A DNA stretch of 64,000 nucleotides, from NCBI GenBank assembly GCA_038065455.1, contig JBBTQX010000008.1, positions 32,313-96,312 on the forward strand, read 5' to 3'. Shown here in pieces: positions 48,910 through 58,263 of the stretch. This DNA comes from Patescibacteria group bacterium (lineage in GTDB: Bacteria; Patescibacteriota; Minisyncoccia; UBA6257; GWB1-50-10). Each line of letters begins with the position of its first letter. Positions within the stretch are counted from its first letter, which is position 1. Position numbers and translations under genes: made by a program. The notes beneath the pieces were generated by a model. It ran no database searches and was not told where the DNA came from. It saw nothing but the letters and a program-made list of their open reading frames with translations.

Positions 48910-50022
48910 TGCATAAGGCCACATACATATTGCACTCGGTGAAGCCAGCGCTTCACCATGAAAATCCATTGTAAATATGCCGGCATCAAGGGGAGTATGA
49001 CTGTCTATCGGGACGCGCTACGCTACCGGTATATGATCCGACCCCAAGCGTTGCGGAAGGCAAAAATCCTCGCCTTCGCTGAAAAGCACGGCACCTTGAC
49101 TGCGCTCGAGGCCTTTGAGGTGAAGCGGCGCACGTTCTTTGACTGGAAAAAGAAGTGGGTAGCGGGCGGGAAGATTCCCGAGACACTCAACGGGAAATCA
49201 CGGGCGCCGAGGACAAAACGGAAGCGCCGGTGGTCCGATGAGGTGATTGCCGAGATCAAGCGGCAGCGCTGGGAGCATCCCAATCTCGGCAAGGATAAAC
49301 TGCATCCGCTTCTTGCCGAATTCTGCGCCGAGAAGAAGCTGGCTTGCCCTCAGTCAAAGACCATCGGACGGTTGATCGCGGATCTGGGCGGATTGCGGAT
49401 GCACCCCAAAAAGATCTCGCACTTCGGAAAAATCAAGATCGCCAACCGTCAAAAAGTGTTGAGAAAACCTATGGATTTCAAGGCCGAGTATCCTGGCCAC
49501 TGCGTGGCCCTGGACACCATTGAGAAGCACGTTGGGGGCAGACGCTATTACGTGATCACGTTTGAAGACCTGTTTACACGATTTTGCTTCGCCTGGGAAA
49601 CGACCTCGCACGCATCGCTTGCGGCAAAAGAGTTTTTTACGCTTTGCCTTAAGGTTTTTCCGTTCCCGATTTCTTTTGTCCTTACGGACAACGGCAGCGA
49701 GTTCATGAAACACTTTGACGCAGAGCTCCGCCGGCTCCACCTCGTCCATTATCATACTTATCCGAAGACGCCAAAGATGAATGTGCACATGGAGCGGTTC
49801 AATCGCACCGTCCAAGACGAGTTTGTGGATTATCACACAGCTGATCTGCAAACGCCGGATGCGTTCAACCGCAAGCTCGTGGACTATCTCGTCTGGTACA
49901 ATACGAAGCGTGTGCACTATGCTTTCAAAAACAAATTATCACCCGTGCAGTTCATGCTACAATTACCACAACTAGCAGTCGCAAAAATGCCCACCGAGTG
50001 CAAAAGTGGGTGGCCTCATACA
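48910..50022 (+). mobile_element. IS481-family insertion sequence, copy 2 (1113 bp)
   Basis: Appears identical to copy 1 by eye; 5-bp TSD AAGCA (48905-09 and 50023-27). Confidence 0.92.
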
Positions 50023-50055
50023 AAGCATTGTATTCTTCTACAAAATGTTATATAG
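48958..50055 (+). CDS. DDE (rve) transposase
   Basis: Same protein as 28242-29381 up to SGWPHT. Confidence 0.92.
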   Translation: MKIHCKYAGIKGSMTVYRDALRYRYMIRPQALRKAKILAFAEKHGTLTALEAFEVKRRTFFDWKKKWVAGGKIPETLNGKSRAPRTKRKRRWSDEVIAEIKRQRWEHPNLGKDKLHPLLAEFCAEKKLACPQSKTIGRLIADLGGLRMHPKKISHFGKIKIANRQKVLRKPMDFKAEYPGHCVALDTIEKHVGGRRYYVITFEDLFTRFCFAWETTSHASLAAKEFFTLCLKVFPFPISFVLTDNGSEFMKHFDAELRRLHLVHYHTYPKTPKMNVHMERFNRTVQDEFVDYHTADLQTPDAFNRKLVDYLVWYNTKRVHYAFKNKLSPVQFMLQLPQLAVAKMPTECKSGWPHTKHCILLQNVI

Positions 50056-50155
50056 TATCGGTGCCGAGCGCTAATGCTCAGTTCATTTAAAAGAGAGGAG
50101 AATATTTTTATGGTCTTTTACCAAATTAATAAGCCATGGCTGGATAACTTGGTAA

Positions 50156-50199
50156 ACCCCGTTAGAAGCTCACGCGGGGCGTTCTGCTTCTAACGGGGT
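50156..50199. repeat. Miniature inverted-repeat element of the CCCGTTAGA/TCTAACGGG family
   Basis: ACCCCGTTAGAAGC...GCTTCTAACGGGGT. Confidence 0.8.
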
Positions 50200-50239
50200 A
50201 AAATAAAGGAAAATGGGGGAATTGGGGAGCCGGACTTCC

Positions 50240-50497
50240 TTATTTATAAATATCGTGAGTGCCGATATTAATGAAATCCGCCTTATCAGAATCAACAAAC
50301 GCGAACATAGTTCTATATTGATTAACGACGGTGAATGCCCAATAATCTTTATATTTTCCGTGCAGTTTATGAGTATCAAGCCTTGAATCAAATGGATTCG
50401 CCCGAAAAATCTGTTCTTTTTCTTTGGCTTTTTCTTTCACGCTCTTCGGTAATCTTTTATAAGATTTTCTGAATTTCGACGATATCCGAATAATCAT
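50240..50497 (-). CDS. RelE/StbE (YafQ/YoeB-like) toxin
   Basis: FRKSYKRLP...NPFD..L.THKLHG...WAF.V...YR..F...IGTHDIY. Confidence 0.9.
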   Translation of the reverse strand: MIIRISSKFRKSYKRLPKSVKEKAKEKEQIFRANPFDSRLDTHKLHGKYKDYWAFTVVNQYRTMFAFVDSDKADFINIGTHDIYK

Positions 50498-50498
50498 G

Positions 50499-50711
50499 CT
50501 AATCTACATCGGCCAGAGATTTAATAATTTTTAATTTCCCTTGTCGTTTTTCTTTTTTATATATCTTAATAGCCGAATCGGTATCTGATTCCTCTATTAA
50601 TCTTCTTTCCATAATCTTTTCCAAATTCAAAAAATCCTCATATTTCTTGCGGGGAATAACCACAAGATCCCCCTTTCGGGCAAATTCTTTCGGAATAGTA
50701 ATAGTTACCAT
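50499..50711 (-). CDS. Cognate antitoxin
   Basis: TITIPKE...DLVVIPRKKYE; paralog of 27860-28072. Confidence 0.8.
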   Translation of the reverse strand: MVTITIPKEFARKGDLVVIPRKKYEDFLNLEKIMERRLIEESDTDSAIKIYKKEKRQGKLKIIKSLADVD

Positions 50712-50749
50712 ATGTTTTTATTTTATCACACTCCTCGAAGGAAAGTAAG

Positions 50750-51289
50750 ACTTCCAAAAATGACACTGTTTATATAGAGAACAATGGAAATATCGTTCTA
50801 TACATAGACTCCGTTAAATCAACGAACCCAAAGTTCACCGTGACGCCGACCAAAGATTCTGTTCCGGCCGGTGGCAGAAAGATGTTCATCGTCTCATTCT
50901 TCTCGCCCACTCCTGGCCCCGCAGTCGATACCCTTTCGTTCTTCAACGACTCACCAACTTCTCCCGTGAAGGTAACCCTGTCGGGAATGGTCGTAATGGG
51001 CGTTAAAGAATCTGGTGTGTTGCCGGCAGAGTTCAGCTTGAGCCAGAACTATCCGAATCCTTTCAATCCCTCGACCACAATCGAGTTTTCTCTTCCGAAA
51101 CGAGCGATTGTAAACCTCACGATTTACAATACTCTCGGCCAAATTGTGGAGACGCTCATTTCTTCGGAGATGGAAGCTGGAGCCCACCAGGTTATTTGGA
51201 AGGCGAACAACATTCCGTCAGGAACGTATTTCTATCGTCTAATCGCGAACAACTTCGTGGAGACGAAGAAGATGCTTCTGATGAAATAG
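50750..51289 (+). pseudogene. 5'-truncated Ig-repeat plus T9SS-type CTD protein
   Basis: Frame is open upstream of GTG 50840 (TSKNDTVYIENNGN..., Ig-like) with no signal peptide; FSLSQNYPNPFNPSTT...KKMLLMK. Confidence 0.8.
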
Positions 51290-51356
51290 AAATAATAAAG
51301 AGCTAACACAATACATCGTGTTGGCTCTTTTACTTTGCATTTTCACATTATTGACC

Positions 51357-51587
51357 TCAGAGCTGGTCTAAAATTCTAAGATATTCTTCGGTGCTTATCC
51401 CCAAAACTCTTAAATTGTTTCTTATCACAAAAATCGGGATTTCTTTGTCTTGAGGAAAAACAACTGGTCTCTTTAAATCGCTGCGCCCGTATATTCTATG
51501 ATCGCCCCGCTTCCGTTCGTAACGGCATCCTACAAAAAGAACGAATTTTTCAAACTTCTTCCAGGATGCTGATTTAAGCGCCGACAT
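51357..51587 (-). CDS. hicA: HicA-family toxin
   Basis: GC.YER.RGDHRIY....L.RPVVFP. Confidence 0.85.
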   Translation of the reverse strand: MSALKSASWKKFEKFVLFVGCRYERKRGDHRIYGRSDLKRPVVFPQDKEIPIFVIRNNLRVLGISTEEYLRILDQL

Positions 51588-51599
51588 TGTATCCTATCT

Positions 51600-51875
51600 C
51601 TAAGCGGGGAGAGAAATTTTTTCCAACTCTTGAGACACTAACACCGGTGGCGCCCATTGTTTTTTTATTTTCTGCCAACCCAAACCGCTAAGCACTTCTT
51701 CCAAAGTACCTTTCTTCATAATCTCTTCAAAAAAAATCCCAACAATCTCTCTAAAGCGACTTTTCGCTTCATCATAGCTTTTTCCGGAAGTAGACAAATC
51801 CAGCGCCGGTGCATAAGCAACGAAATATTTGCCTTCTTTAAATATTGAGATTGGCAATTGGGTGATTACTTTCAT
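51600..51875 (-). CDS. hicB: HicB-like antitoxin
   Basis: KEGKYFVAYAPALDLSTSGKSYDEA. Confidence 0.85.
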   Translation of the reverse strand: MKVITQLPISIFKEGKYFVAYAPALDLSTSGKSYDEAKSRFREIVGIFFEEIMKKGTLEEVLSGLGWQKIKKQWAPPVLVSQELEKISLPA

Positions 51876-51923
51876 GCTTACATAATACAACACTTAACCA
51901 CAAAAAACAACATAAATCTCACC

Positions 51924-52069
51924 CAGAAAACTATCCGAATCCTTTCAATCCGTCAACGACAATCGAGTTTTCCCTCCCGAAACGAGATTTTGTAAACCTC
52001 ACGGTCTACAATACTCTCGGCCAAGTTGTGGAGACGCTCGTTTCTTCGGAGATGGAAGCTGGAGCCCAC
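51924..52069 (+). repeat. Internal fragment of the T9SS-type CTD, near-identical to 51043-51188
   Basis: AACTATCCGAATCCTTTCAATCC...GATGGAAGCTGGAGCCCACC. Confidence 0.9.
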
Positions 52070-52564
52070 CGGAACGTGTTTTTTTGTATTCATAAAAAAT
52101 GGCTCTTTCTGGGCATGAAAATTTCCCATTATTGCGATTACTTTATTTTTCTTACCTTTTCCTGCCCGAAGAAGAATTCTTGCCATTTTTTCATCTCTCG
52201 TATTCCGCTTTTTTGCACTAACATCAAAACATTGTATTTTTATCTTTTTATTTTCGGGAATTTTTAGGTTGATCTTTTTTATCCAATTCAAAAAATTTAA
52301 ATGCTCTTTTGATATTCTTCCATCTCTATACTTAACAAAATTCCATTTGCGCCAATTCAGCTTATTCCCATCTCTTAAATAAGTATTAATTTCTTCGGTA
52401 AGTTCAGCCGGACACTCAAATGCTATAACCAATCTAGAATCATCTTTGTTTAGACAGGAACCTACCAAGAGTTTAAGCGTCCCTATGTTTTCTTTAACTC
52501 CATGAATCTCTCCAAGTAATAAGAATTTCTTATCTTGAAAATCAAAGGTATTTAAATTATTCAT
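52064..52564 (-). pseudogene. Erythromycin-esterase/ChaN-like protein, 3' end replaced by antisense CTD sequence
   Basis: LLLGEIHG..E, IAFE, DGR, RDEKMA, MGNFHA. Confidence 0.7.
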
Positions 52565-52638
52565 GATTCAAGTTAAGTATATATTTATTTAAAAAATAGA
52601 GGAGCTTTTACGCTCCCCTATGGGTATATCAGGATGTA

Positions 52639-52755
52639 TTAATCATCCTGGTGTTTCGAAGAACCCTGACCGGTCCAACTTGGATCTGTTACGGAAGATT
52701 CTGTTTCTTGAACCGACTCCACCACACAAATCGCCGCAAAAATCTCGGGCTTCAT
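52639..52755 (-). CDS. 38-aa small peptide with a strong Shine-Dalgarno sequence
   Basis: AAGGAGGTG at 52761-52769 before ATG; MKPEIFAAICVVESVQETESSVTDPSWTGQGSSKHQDD. Confidence 0.55.
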   Translation of the reverse strand: MKPEIFAAICVVESVQETESSVTDPSWTGQGSSKHQDD

Positions 52756-52875
52756 ACAATCACCTCCTTAAAAGCTTTTTGGTTAATAATTGGTTAATGT
52801 TTCCGAAATCGCTCCTCTTGTATTGTTGTTGCCATGCTGATTGCCATATATCCGAGCATATCCCGCATGGTGCCT

Positions 52876-52929
52876 GGTCTTACCAGAACCATTAATACCA
52901 CCTACAAAAATGAATTTGGGTCTCTTCAT
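52876..52929 (-). pseudogene. N-terminal 18 codons of an NMP kinase paralog
   Basis: MKRPKFIFVGGINGSGKT versus MKRPIVFMGGINGSGKT. Confidence 0.75.
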
Positions 52930-53004
52930 TAGAATCTTGTTCACCTAAACAAATTGGTCTGGGTAGATTAAGGACCCCAATCCAGATATGTTATAATAAA
53001 ATCA

Positions 53005-53460
53005 ATGGATAAGAAAACTACTTCGCTCTTTGCCATTTTCATCGTCATTGCTCTGGCGGTCGGATTTTTTGCCGGCCAGTGGCAGGGCAAAACGGAAGGC
53101 GAAAAGATCGGTTCCGAAAAACTCCAACCGCTCGTTGACTCCGTCTTCCCCGAACCACCTGCCAATATCAATGTTCTGACTGGCATCGTGAAAGGCGTAA
53201 GCGGCGCGACTATTGCGCTAGAGATTAACGCCATCGACGACTATCTCCCTCACTTGGACGGCAGTCCCCGAAGAATGGAGACCCGTTTTGCAGTCGTCAC
53301 TCCTTCGACGAAGATAATTTCCATGAATGGCGAAACAGGCAATTCTTCCGCAATTACCCTCCAAAATATTAAAACTGGGGATGTCATCACCGTCGTGAGC
53401 GCGGAAAATATCCGGAACGCGGAGCGATTTGACGCCGCGGAACTGCGGATAGTAAAATAG
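53005..53460 (+). CDS. Membrane-anchored hypothetical protein (OB-like)
   Basis: N-terminal TM helix; G.V..VSG..I, T.I....ITL..IK.GD.I.V. Confidence 0.75.
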   Translation: MDKKTTSLFAIFIVIALAVGFFAGQWQGKTEGEKIGSEKLQPLVDSVFPEPPANINVLTGIVKGVSGATIALEINAIDDYLPHLDGSPRRMETRFAVVTPSTKIISMNGETGNSSAITLQNIKTGDVITVVSAENIRNAERFDAAELRIVK

Positions 53461-53464
53461 CCGC

Positions 53465-54049
53465 ATGAATCTTATACCCACAGTCATCGAGAAGTCCGGT
53501 TACGGCGAACGGGCCTACGACATTTACTCCCGCCTTCTGAAAGAACGAATAGTCTTTTTGGGCGGACCGATTGTGGATCAGGTAGCCAACAGCGTCATCG
53601 CCCAGCTTCTCTTCCTCGACCACGATGATTCCAAAAAAGAAATTCAGTTATATTTGAACACTCCGGGCGGTTCCGTTACGGCCGGTCTCGCCATCTACGA
53701 TACGATGCAATACGTAAAATCGCCGGTTTCAACCATTTGCGTGGGCATGGCCGCCTCGATGGGCGCGGTGCTTCTGGCCGCGGGCCAGAAAGGCAAGCGC
53801 TTCGCGCTCCCCAATTCCGAAATACTGCTTCATCAGGTAATGGGCGGAGCAGAAGGCCAGGCATCGGATATCGAAATAAGCGCGCGGCATATCCTGAAAA
53901 TAAAAGAACGGATTAACCAGATCCTTGTAAAACACACGAGCCAAAAAATGGATAAGATCGAAAGCGATACCGACCGGGATTTTTATCTCACCTCCCAGGA
54001 GGCCAGGGACTACGGCCTGATAGACGAGATTATCAAGACAAAGAAGTAG
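53465..54049 (+). CDS. clpP: ATP-dependent Clp protease proteolytic subunit
   Basis: [34 protein letters not shown]. Confidence 0.97.
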   Translation: MNLIPTVIEKSGYGERAYDIYSRLLKERIVFLGGPIVDQVANSVIAQLLFLDHDDSKKEIQLYLNTPGGSVTAGLAIYDTMQYVKSPVSTICVGMAASMGAVLLAAGQKGKRFALPNSEILLHQVMGGAEGQASDIEISARHILKIKERINQILVKHTSQKMDKIESDTDRDFYLTSQEARDYGLIDEIIKTKK

Positions 54050-54264
54050 GAACAATAAAACCGCTTTCCCTCAACCCACTTCGCTCTTCCAGCGACTCGC
54101 TTGCTTGTCCTCGGCGAGCGGCGGTCGAATTATAGAACGACCGACCTTGCCCGCTCGCCTGCGGGGTTTCGGGATAAGCGGTTTTATTGTCCCAATGTTT
54201 TGATTCTTATTAATGTCCTGTGAGGGACATTATTTTTTTATGGAAAACTGTTAGAATTGAAGCA

Positions 54265-55416
54265 ATGAAAGCGAACGAAAAACAAATCGACATAATTCTT
54301 AACCGCGGAGTGGAGGAGATAATCGAAAAAGATCATTTGATTGAACTCCTTTCTCCAGGCAAAAAATTGCGGGTGAAATTCGGCATTGACCCGACTGCGC
54401 CATATATTCATTTGGGCCATACCGTTCCCTTGAGGAAGCTTCGCCAATTCCAGGAAGCCGGCCATCAAATCGTGCTTATTATCGGGGATTTCACCGGAAT
54501 GATAGGTGATCCGAGCGGTCGAAGCGAGGAAAGAAAACCGCTTACCGAAAAAGATATAAAAACGAACCTGAAAAGATATTTGGAGCAAGCTGGAAAGGTT
54601 CTGGATATAAAAAAAGTAGAGGTTCACTACAACAGCGAATGGCATAAAAAAAATGGATTGGCGGCGATGCTGGAGATGGCGAAAGCGGTCACTTTCCAAC
54701 AAATAATCAAAAGAGCTGATTTCCAGAAGCGCATTGATGCGGGCAACGATATTTCCGTGATTGAAATACTCTATCCTCTTCTTCAGGGATATGACTCGGT
54801 AAAAGTAAAAGCGGATGTTGAAATCGGCGGCACGGACCAGAAATTCAATCTACTGATGGGCCGGCGCGTCCAGCGCCACTTCAGCCAGCCGGAACAAGAT
54901 ATTATCACCGTTCCTCTGATAGAAGGCACGGATGGCGTGAAAAAGATGTCCAAGAGCTACGGCAATTATATTGGCGTCACGGAAAATCCAAATGATATGT
55001 TCGGAAAAATCATGTCTATCCCCGATCCTCTGATAAATAAATATTTTGAACTTCTGACCGATATTGACGCGCCGAAAGGAAATCCCTATCAATCAAAAAT
55101 GCTTCTTGCGGAAACAATCGTTGGAATGTACCACTCGCCCGCTATCGCCAAAAAAGCGAAAGAAAATTGGATAAAAACTTTCTCTAAAAAGGAGACGCCG
55201 GAAGATGCGAAAGAATTGAAGGTAAAAAAAGAAATTAATTTATTGAACTTGCTCCTTGCTTCCGGCGTGGAAAGCAAAAGCGAAGCCCGGCGGCTCATTC
55301 AGCAAAAAGCGATTAAAATCGATGATGTCACCAAAGAAAATACCGAAGAAACATTGAAATTGAAAGGCGGAGAGATCCTGAAGGTGGGCAAACACAGATT
55401 TTTCAAAATAAAATAG
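54265..55416 (+). CDS. tyrS: Tyrosine-tRNA ligase
   Basis: GIDPTAPYIHLGH, YPLLQGYDS, GGTDQKFN, KMSKS, S4 domain. Confidence 0.97.
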   Translation: MKANEKQIDIILNRGVEEIIEKDHLIELLSPGKKLRVKFGIDPTAPYIHLGHTVPLRKLRQFQEAGHQIVLIIGDFTGMIGDPSGRSEERKPLTEKDIKTNLKRYLEQAGKVLDIKKVEVHYNSEWHKKNGLAAMLEMAKAVTFQQIIKRADFQKRIDAGNDISVIEILYPLLQGYDSVKVKADVEIGGTDQKFNLLMGRRVQRHFSQPEQDIITVPLIEGTDGVKKMSKSYGNYIGVTENPNDMFGKIMSIPDPLINKYFELLTDIDAPKGNPYQSKMLLAETIVGMYHSPAIAKKAKENWIKTFSKKETPEDAKELKVKKEINLLNLLLASGVESKSEARRLIQQKAIKIDDVTKENTEETLKLKGGEILKVGKHRFFKIK

Positions 55417-55437
55417 TTCGTCGGAAAATAACTTTTG

Positions 55438-55508
55438 TGCGGGATATCGGGATCGAACCGGTGCCCTGACATTGGCAATGTCATGTACTACCACTATACT
55501 AATCCCGC
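55438..55508 (-). tRNA. tRNA-Gly(GCC)
   Basis: GCGGGAT/ATCCCGC acceptor, TGACA-TT GCC AA-TGTCA. Confidence 0.93.
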
Positions 55509-55513
55509 AATTT

Positions 55514-55696
55514 TCAATTTCCTCCCGGCGGAGGGCCGCTCGGACCCTTTATATAGGGCACTCCGGTCGGGCCTTTGAACTCACTACTCTCCGGCGCGCG
55601 GGAATAATTTCCGCCCAAGAGAGCTAAAACCAAATATATCACGATCGCGGCAATGAAGACAATTGTCAGCCAAAGCTTTGTTTTTTCTTCTTTCAT
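55514..55696 (-). CDS. Small membrane protein
   Basis: MKEEKTKLWLTIVF... TM helix followed by a Pro-rich tail FKGPTGVP. Confidence 0.6.
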   Translation of the reverse strand: MKEEKTKLWLTIVFIAAIVIYLVLALLGGNYSRAPESSEFKGPTGVPYIKGPSGPPPGGN

Positions 55697-55700
55697 TTTG

Positions 55701-55783
55701 TGCCCGGGGTGGGGGTCGAACCCACATGACCTTTCGATCATAACATTTTAAGTGTTACGCGTATGCCATTCCGCCACCCGGGC
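55701..55783 (-). tRNA. tRNA-Leu(TAA)
   Basis: GCCCGGG acceptor, TAACA-CT TAA AA-TGTTA, long variable arm. Confidence 0.95.
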
Positions 55784-55803
55784 TTCAAATTCTTAATTTC
55801 CTG

Positions 55804-55875
55804 AGGCCCAGGGGAGAATTGAACTCCCGTATAATTCTTTTGCAGAGAATCGCCTTACCACTTGGCTACTGGGCC
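55804..55875 (-). tRNA. tRNA-Cys(GCA)
   Basis: GGCCCAG/CTGGGCC, ATTCT-CT GCA AA-AGAAT, U73. Confidence 0.95.
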
Positions 55876-56163
55876 TTACTCTTCGGCTATCTTAAAGACC
55901 AATCGCGGCATCGGCTTGATATTCATTTTCCGCAGCAGCTTTCCCTGCAGCTCCCGCTTTCGGCTTTCAATCATTGTAAATGCTTCCGGGCCTTTTTGAA
56001 AAGGCAGAATGCTTAACTTAATAAAGGCGCTTTCCAGCTTATCGTCCACCTGGACCTCAACGATTGTGACGAGCGCGCCCTCGAAATTGAATTCGCGGAT
56101 AAGCATTTCACCCAACTCATGCTGAATCAAACTGCCTATTTTGAGATTGCGGTAAGGCTTCAT
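55876..56163 (-). CDS. rbfA: Ribosome-binding factor A
   Basis: R..KI.SLIQ.EL...LVTI..V.V...L..A...MPRLVF; downstream of infB. Confidence 0.88.
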   Translation of the reverse strand: MKPYRNLKIGSLIQHELGEMLIREFNFEGALVTIVEVQVDDKLESAFIKLSILPFQKGPEAFTMIESRKRELQGKLLRKMNIKPMPRLVFKIAEE

Positions 56164-57596
56164 ATTGGGTTGACGAATAAAAGATGGTGGCCGACTTTAA
56201 TCGGCTCGTCGCTCTCGACTAAAAGTCCCGCCTCAACTCCGGTCTCCACTTGCGCCGCATCCTTGTGCTGGGATTGGAGATTTTTTATCTTCCCCTGGCC
56301 GATTAACTTCTTGTCCTGCCAAATTTCGAAAGGCTCCTGGTTCTTCACTGGACCCAGTATCACCTTCCCGCCGACTACGCGCTCTTTTCCCTTGGCATTG
56401 CCAAAAACGGCGAGCACTTCAAGACGCCGCAGTTCTTTGGGCACGATTTTCTTTGCGTATTCTTTGAGCGCCGTTTCCAATTCATAGATTATCGGGGATT
56501 CGATTATCATCGCTTTCTGGGTGCTTGCGAGGTTCGCGGCGGCCCGATCCATTTTCATTTTGAAGCCAATAATGACGGAATCCGTGTTGATAGCGCGCTT
56601 CACGTCGTTTTCCGTGAGATCGCCCACATTCTGGTCAATGATTTTAACCGTTAATCCAAGTGAGAGTTTTAATATCAAATTCTTGAGCGCCTCAAGAGAA
56701 GCTGTCTCATCTGCTTTGAGAATGACGTTCAATGTCTCCTGACCTTCGGGCGAGGCGGCGGCCGGCTCTTTTACGGCTTTTTCCTGCGCGGATACCAGTT
56801 TCACGAACTCGGCCACGGCACTTTCATCGCCAGCGGCGAATTCTTCACCCACATCCGGAAGCTTCTCAAAACCAATGATTAGTGCCGGTGAGGATGGTTG
56901 AATCTCGTTTGCCTTTTCCCCAACCGAGGTTTCAATGGATCTTACTTTTCCCGAAGCGCTCGCAGTGCCGATATATTGGCCGACTTTCAACACGCCGTTC
57001 TTCAATATGACCCCCGAAAGAATGCCCCGGCGCGGATCCATCCGGCTCGTGATAATCACGCCCGAAACGGCCGCATTGTCGATTTCCAGATTTTCCAATT
57101 CGGTAGCGAGAAGAATCAAATCCAAAAGCTCGTTTACCCCCTCCCCAGTCTTGGCCGAAATGAGATGATAGGAGATATTCCCGCCGTAGCCCTCCAAAAA
57201 AACTCCGAGTTGGAGCAAGTCGTTCTTCGTTTTTTCTATATCGGCATTATTCTTGTCGATTTTGTTTATTGCCACGATATAAGGCGTTTTGGATTTCAAA
57301 ATTGTCTCGAGCGCCTCCTTAGTTTGGGGCTTCACGCCGTCGTCGGCCGCAACGATGAGAATCGCCAGGTCGGCAATATTCGCCCCATGGGCGCGCATAT
57401 TCGAAAAAGCCTCGTGCCCTGGCGTATCAATGAAGGTGATTTTCCGACCATTGTGAACAATTTCGTAAGCGCCGATGGCCTGCGTTATACCGCCGGCTTC
57501 CCGGCTCGCCAGGTTCGTTTTCCGGATATAGTCAAGAAGCGTGGTCTTTCCGTGGTCCACGTGCCCCATAACGGCTATGATGGGAGGGCGTCGCAT
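56160..57596 (-). CDS. infB: Translation initiation factor IF-2, lacking the N-terminal domain
   Basis: MRRPPIIAVMGHVDHGKTT, DTPGHEAF, NKID; the upstream in-frame extension overlaps tRNA-Ser and is spurious. Confidence 0.95.
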   Translation of the reverse strand: MRRPPIIAVMGHVDHGKTTLLDYIRKTNLASREAGGITQAIGAYEIVHNGRKITFIDTPGHEAFSNMRAHGANIADLAILIVAADDGVKPQTKEALETILKSKTPYIVAINKIDKNNADIEKTKNDLLQLGVFLEGYGGNISYHLISAKTGEGVNELLDLILLATELENLEIDNAAVSGVIITSRMDPRRGILSGVILKNGVLKVGQYIGTASASGKVRSIETSVGEKANEIQPSSPALIIGFEKLPDVGEEFAAGDESAVAEFVKLVSAQEKAVKEPAAASPEGQETLNVILKADETASLEALKNLILKLSLGLTVKIIDQNVGDLTENDVKRAINTDSVIIGFKMKMDRAAANLASTQKAMIIESPIIYELETALKEYAKKIVPKELRRLEVLAVFGNAKGKERVVGGKVILGPVKNQEPFEIWQDKKLIGQGKIKNLQSQHKDAAQVETGVEAGLLVESDEPIKVGHHLLFVNPI

Positions 57597-57736
57597 AGTA
57601 ATGGCAGAATAACAGAGAAAATAAGGAATTACAAATTTTATACGGATAAACAACAAAGAAAATATCGCAAGATATTTAATTCGAATAATCCTAAACACTT
57701 GAAGAGGTATCGAAAATAGGTTAGCCTTTTTTAAAA

Positions 57737-57823
57737 GGAGAGGTGTGCGAATGGTAAGCGAACAGGTTGCTAACCTGTGACGGTGAAAGCCGTCTGTGGG
57801 TTCGACTCCCACCCTCTCCGCCA
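57737..57823 (+). tRNA. tRNA-Ser(GCT)
   Basis: GGAGAGG/CCTCTCC, CAGG-TT GCT AA-CCTG, long variable arm, encoded CCA. Confidence 0.93.
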
Positions 57824-57932
57824 GTTGGGAAAATGGGCAATCCACGGAAAATTGACTGATTCGCCCTATCGGTTATCATTTAGTTAAGTTAAAAGGTCGG
57901 GATAGTATCAAAAGAATTTTCAACAAATAATT

Positions 57933-58190
57933 ATGGCAAAAAGCAATTCCGCATTCATGAGGCCGTTAAATGTCAGCCCGGAACTAGCCGCTGTGGTCGG
58001 CAAGGGGCCGATGCCGAGGTCGGAAGTTGTAAAGGCACTCTGGATCTATATCAAGAAGAATAATCTCCAGGACCCTCAGAAGAAGCGCAATATCAACGCC
58101 GACGCCGCTCTTAAGGCGGTGTTCGGAGGCAAAGGAACTGTCGATATGTTCGAGATGACGAAACTCGTCTCCAAGCATCTTTCTTCTTAA
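57933..58190 (+). CDS. Stand-alone SWIB/MDM2 domain protein
   Basis: SPELAAVVG..PMPRSEVVK.LW.YIKKNNLQDP..KR.INAD. Confidence 0.92.
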   Translation: MAKSNSAFMRPLNVSPELAAVVGKGPMPRSEVVKALWIYIKKNNLQDPQKKRNINADAALKAVFGGKGTVDMFEMTKLVSKHLSS

Positions 58191-58263
58191 TTTTTAAGCC
58201 TAAATAAATACGAAAAACGGGACGGTATAAAACTGCCCCGTTTTCGTTTATAATGGAGAAATT

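Noticed and set aside
51043-52069. DGR template/variable repeat pair (two near-identical CTD segments)
   Set aside because: The differences are not confined to adenines and no reverse transcriptase is present in the window.
55438-55508. tRNA-Gly with A73 instead of the usual bacterial U73
   Set aside because: Real, but plausibly explained by an alpha2-type GlyRS, which cannot be checked in this window; too minor to list as a finding.
57597-57845. N-terminal extension of IF-2 in the ORF track
   Set aside because: It overlaps tRNA-Ser(GCT) on the other strand; the conserved sequence starts at MRRPP.
57933-58190. SWIB domain as evidence of eukaryotic gene transfer
   Set aside because: Stand-alone SWIB proteins are already known in many bacteria.
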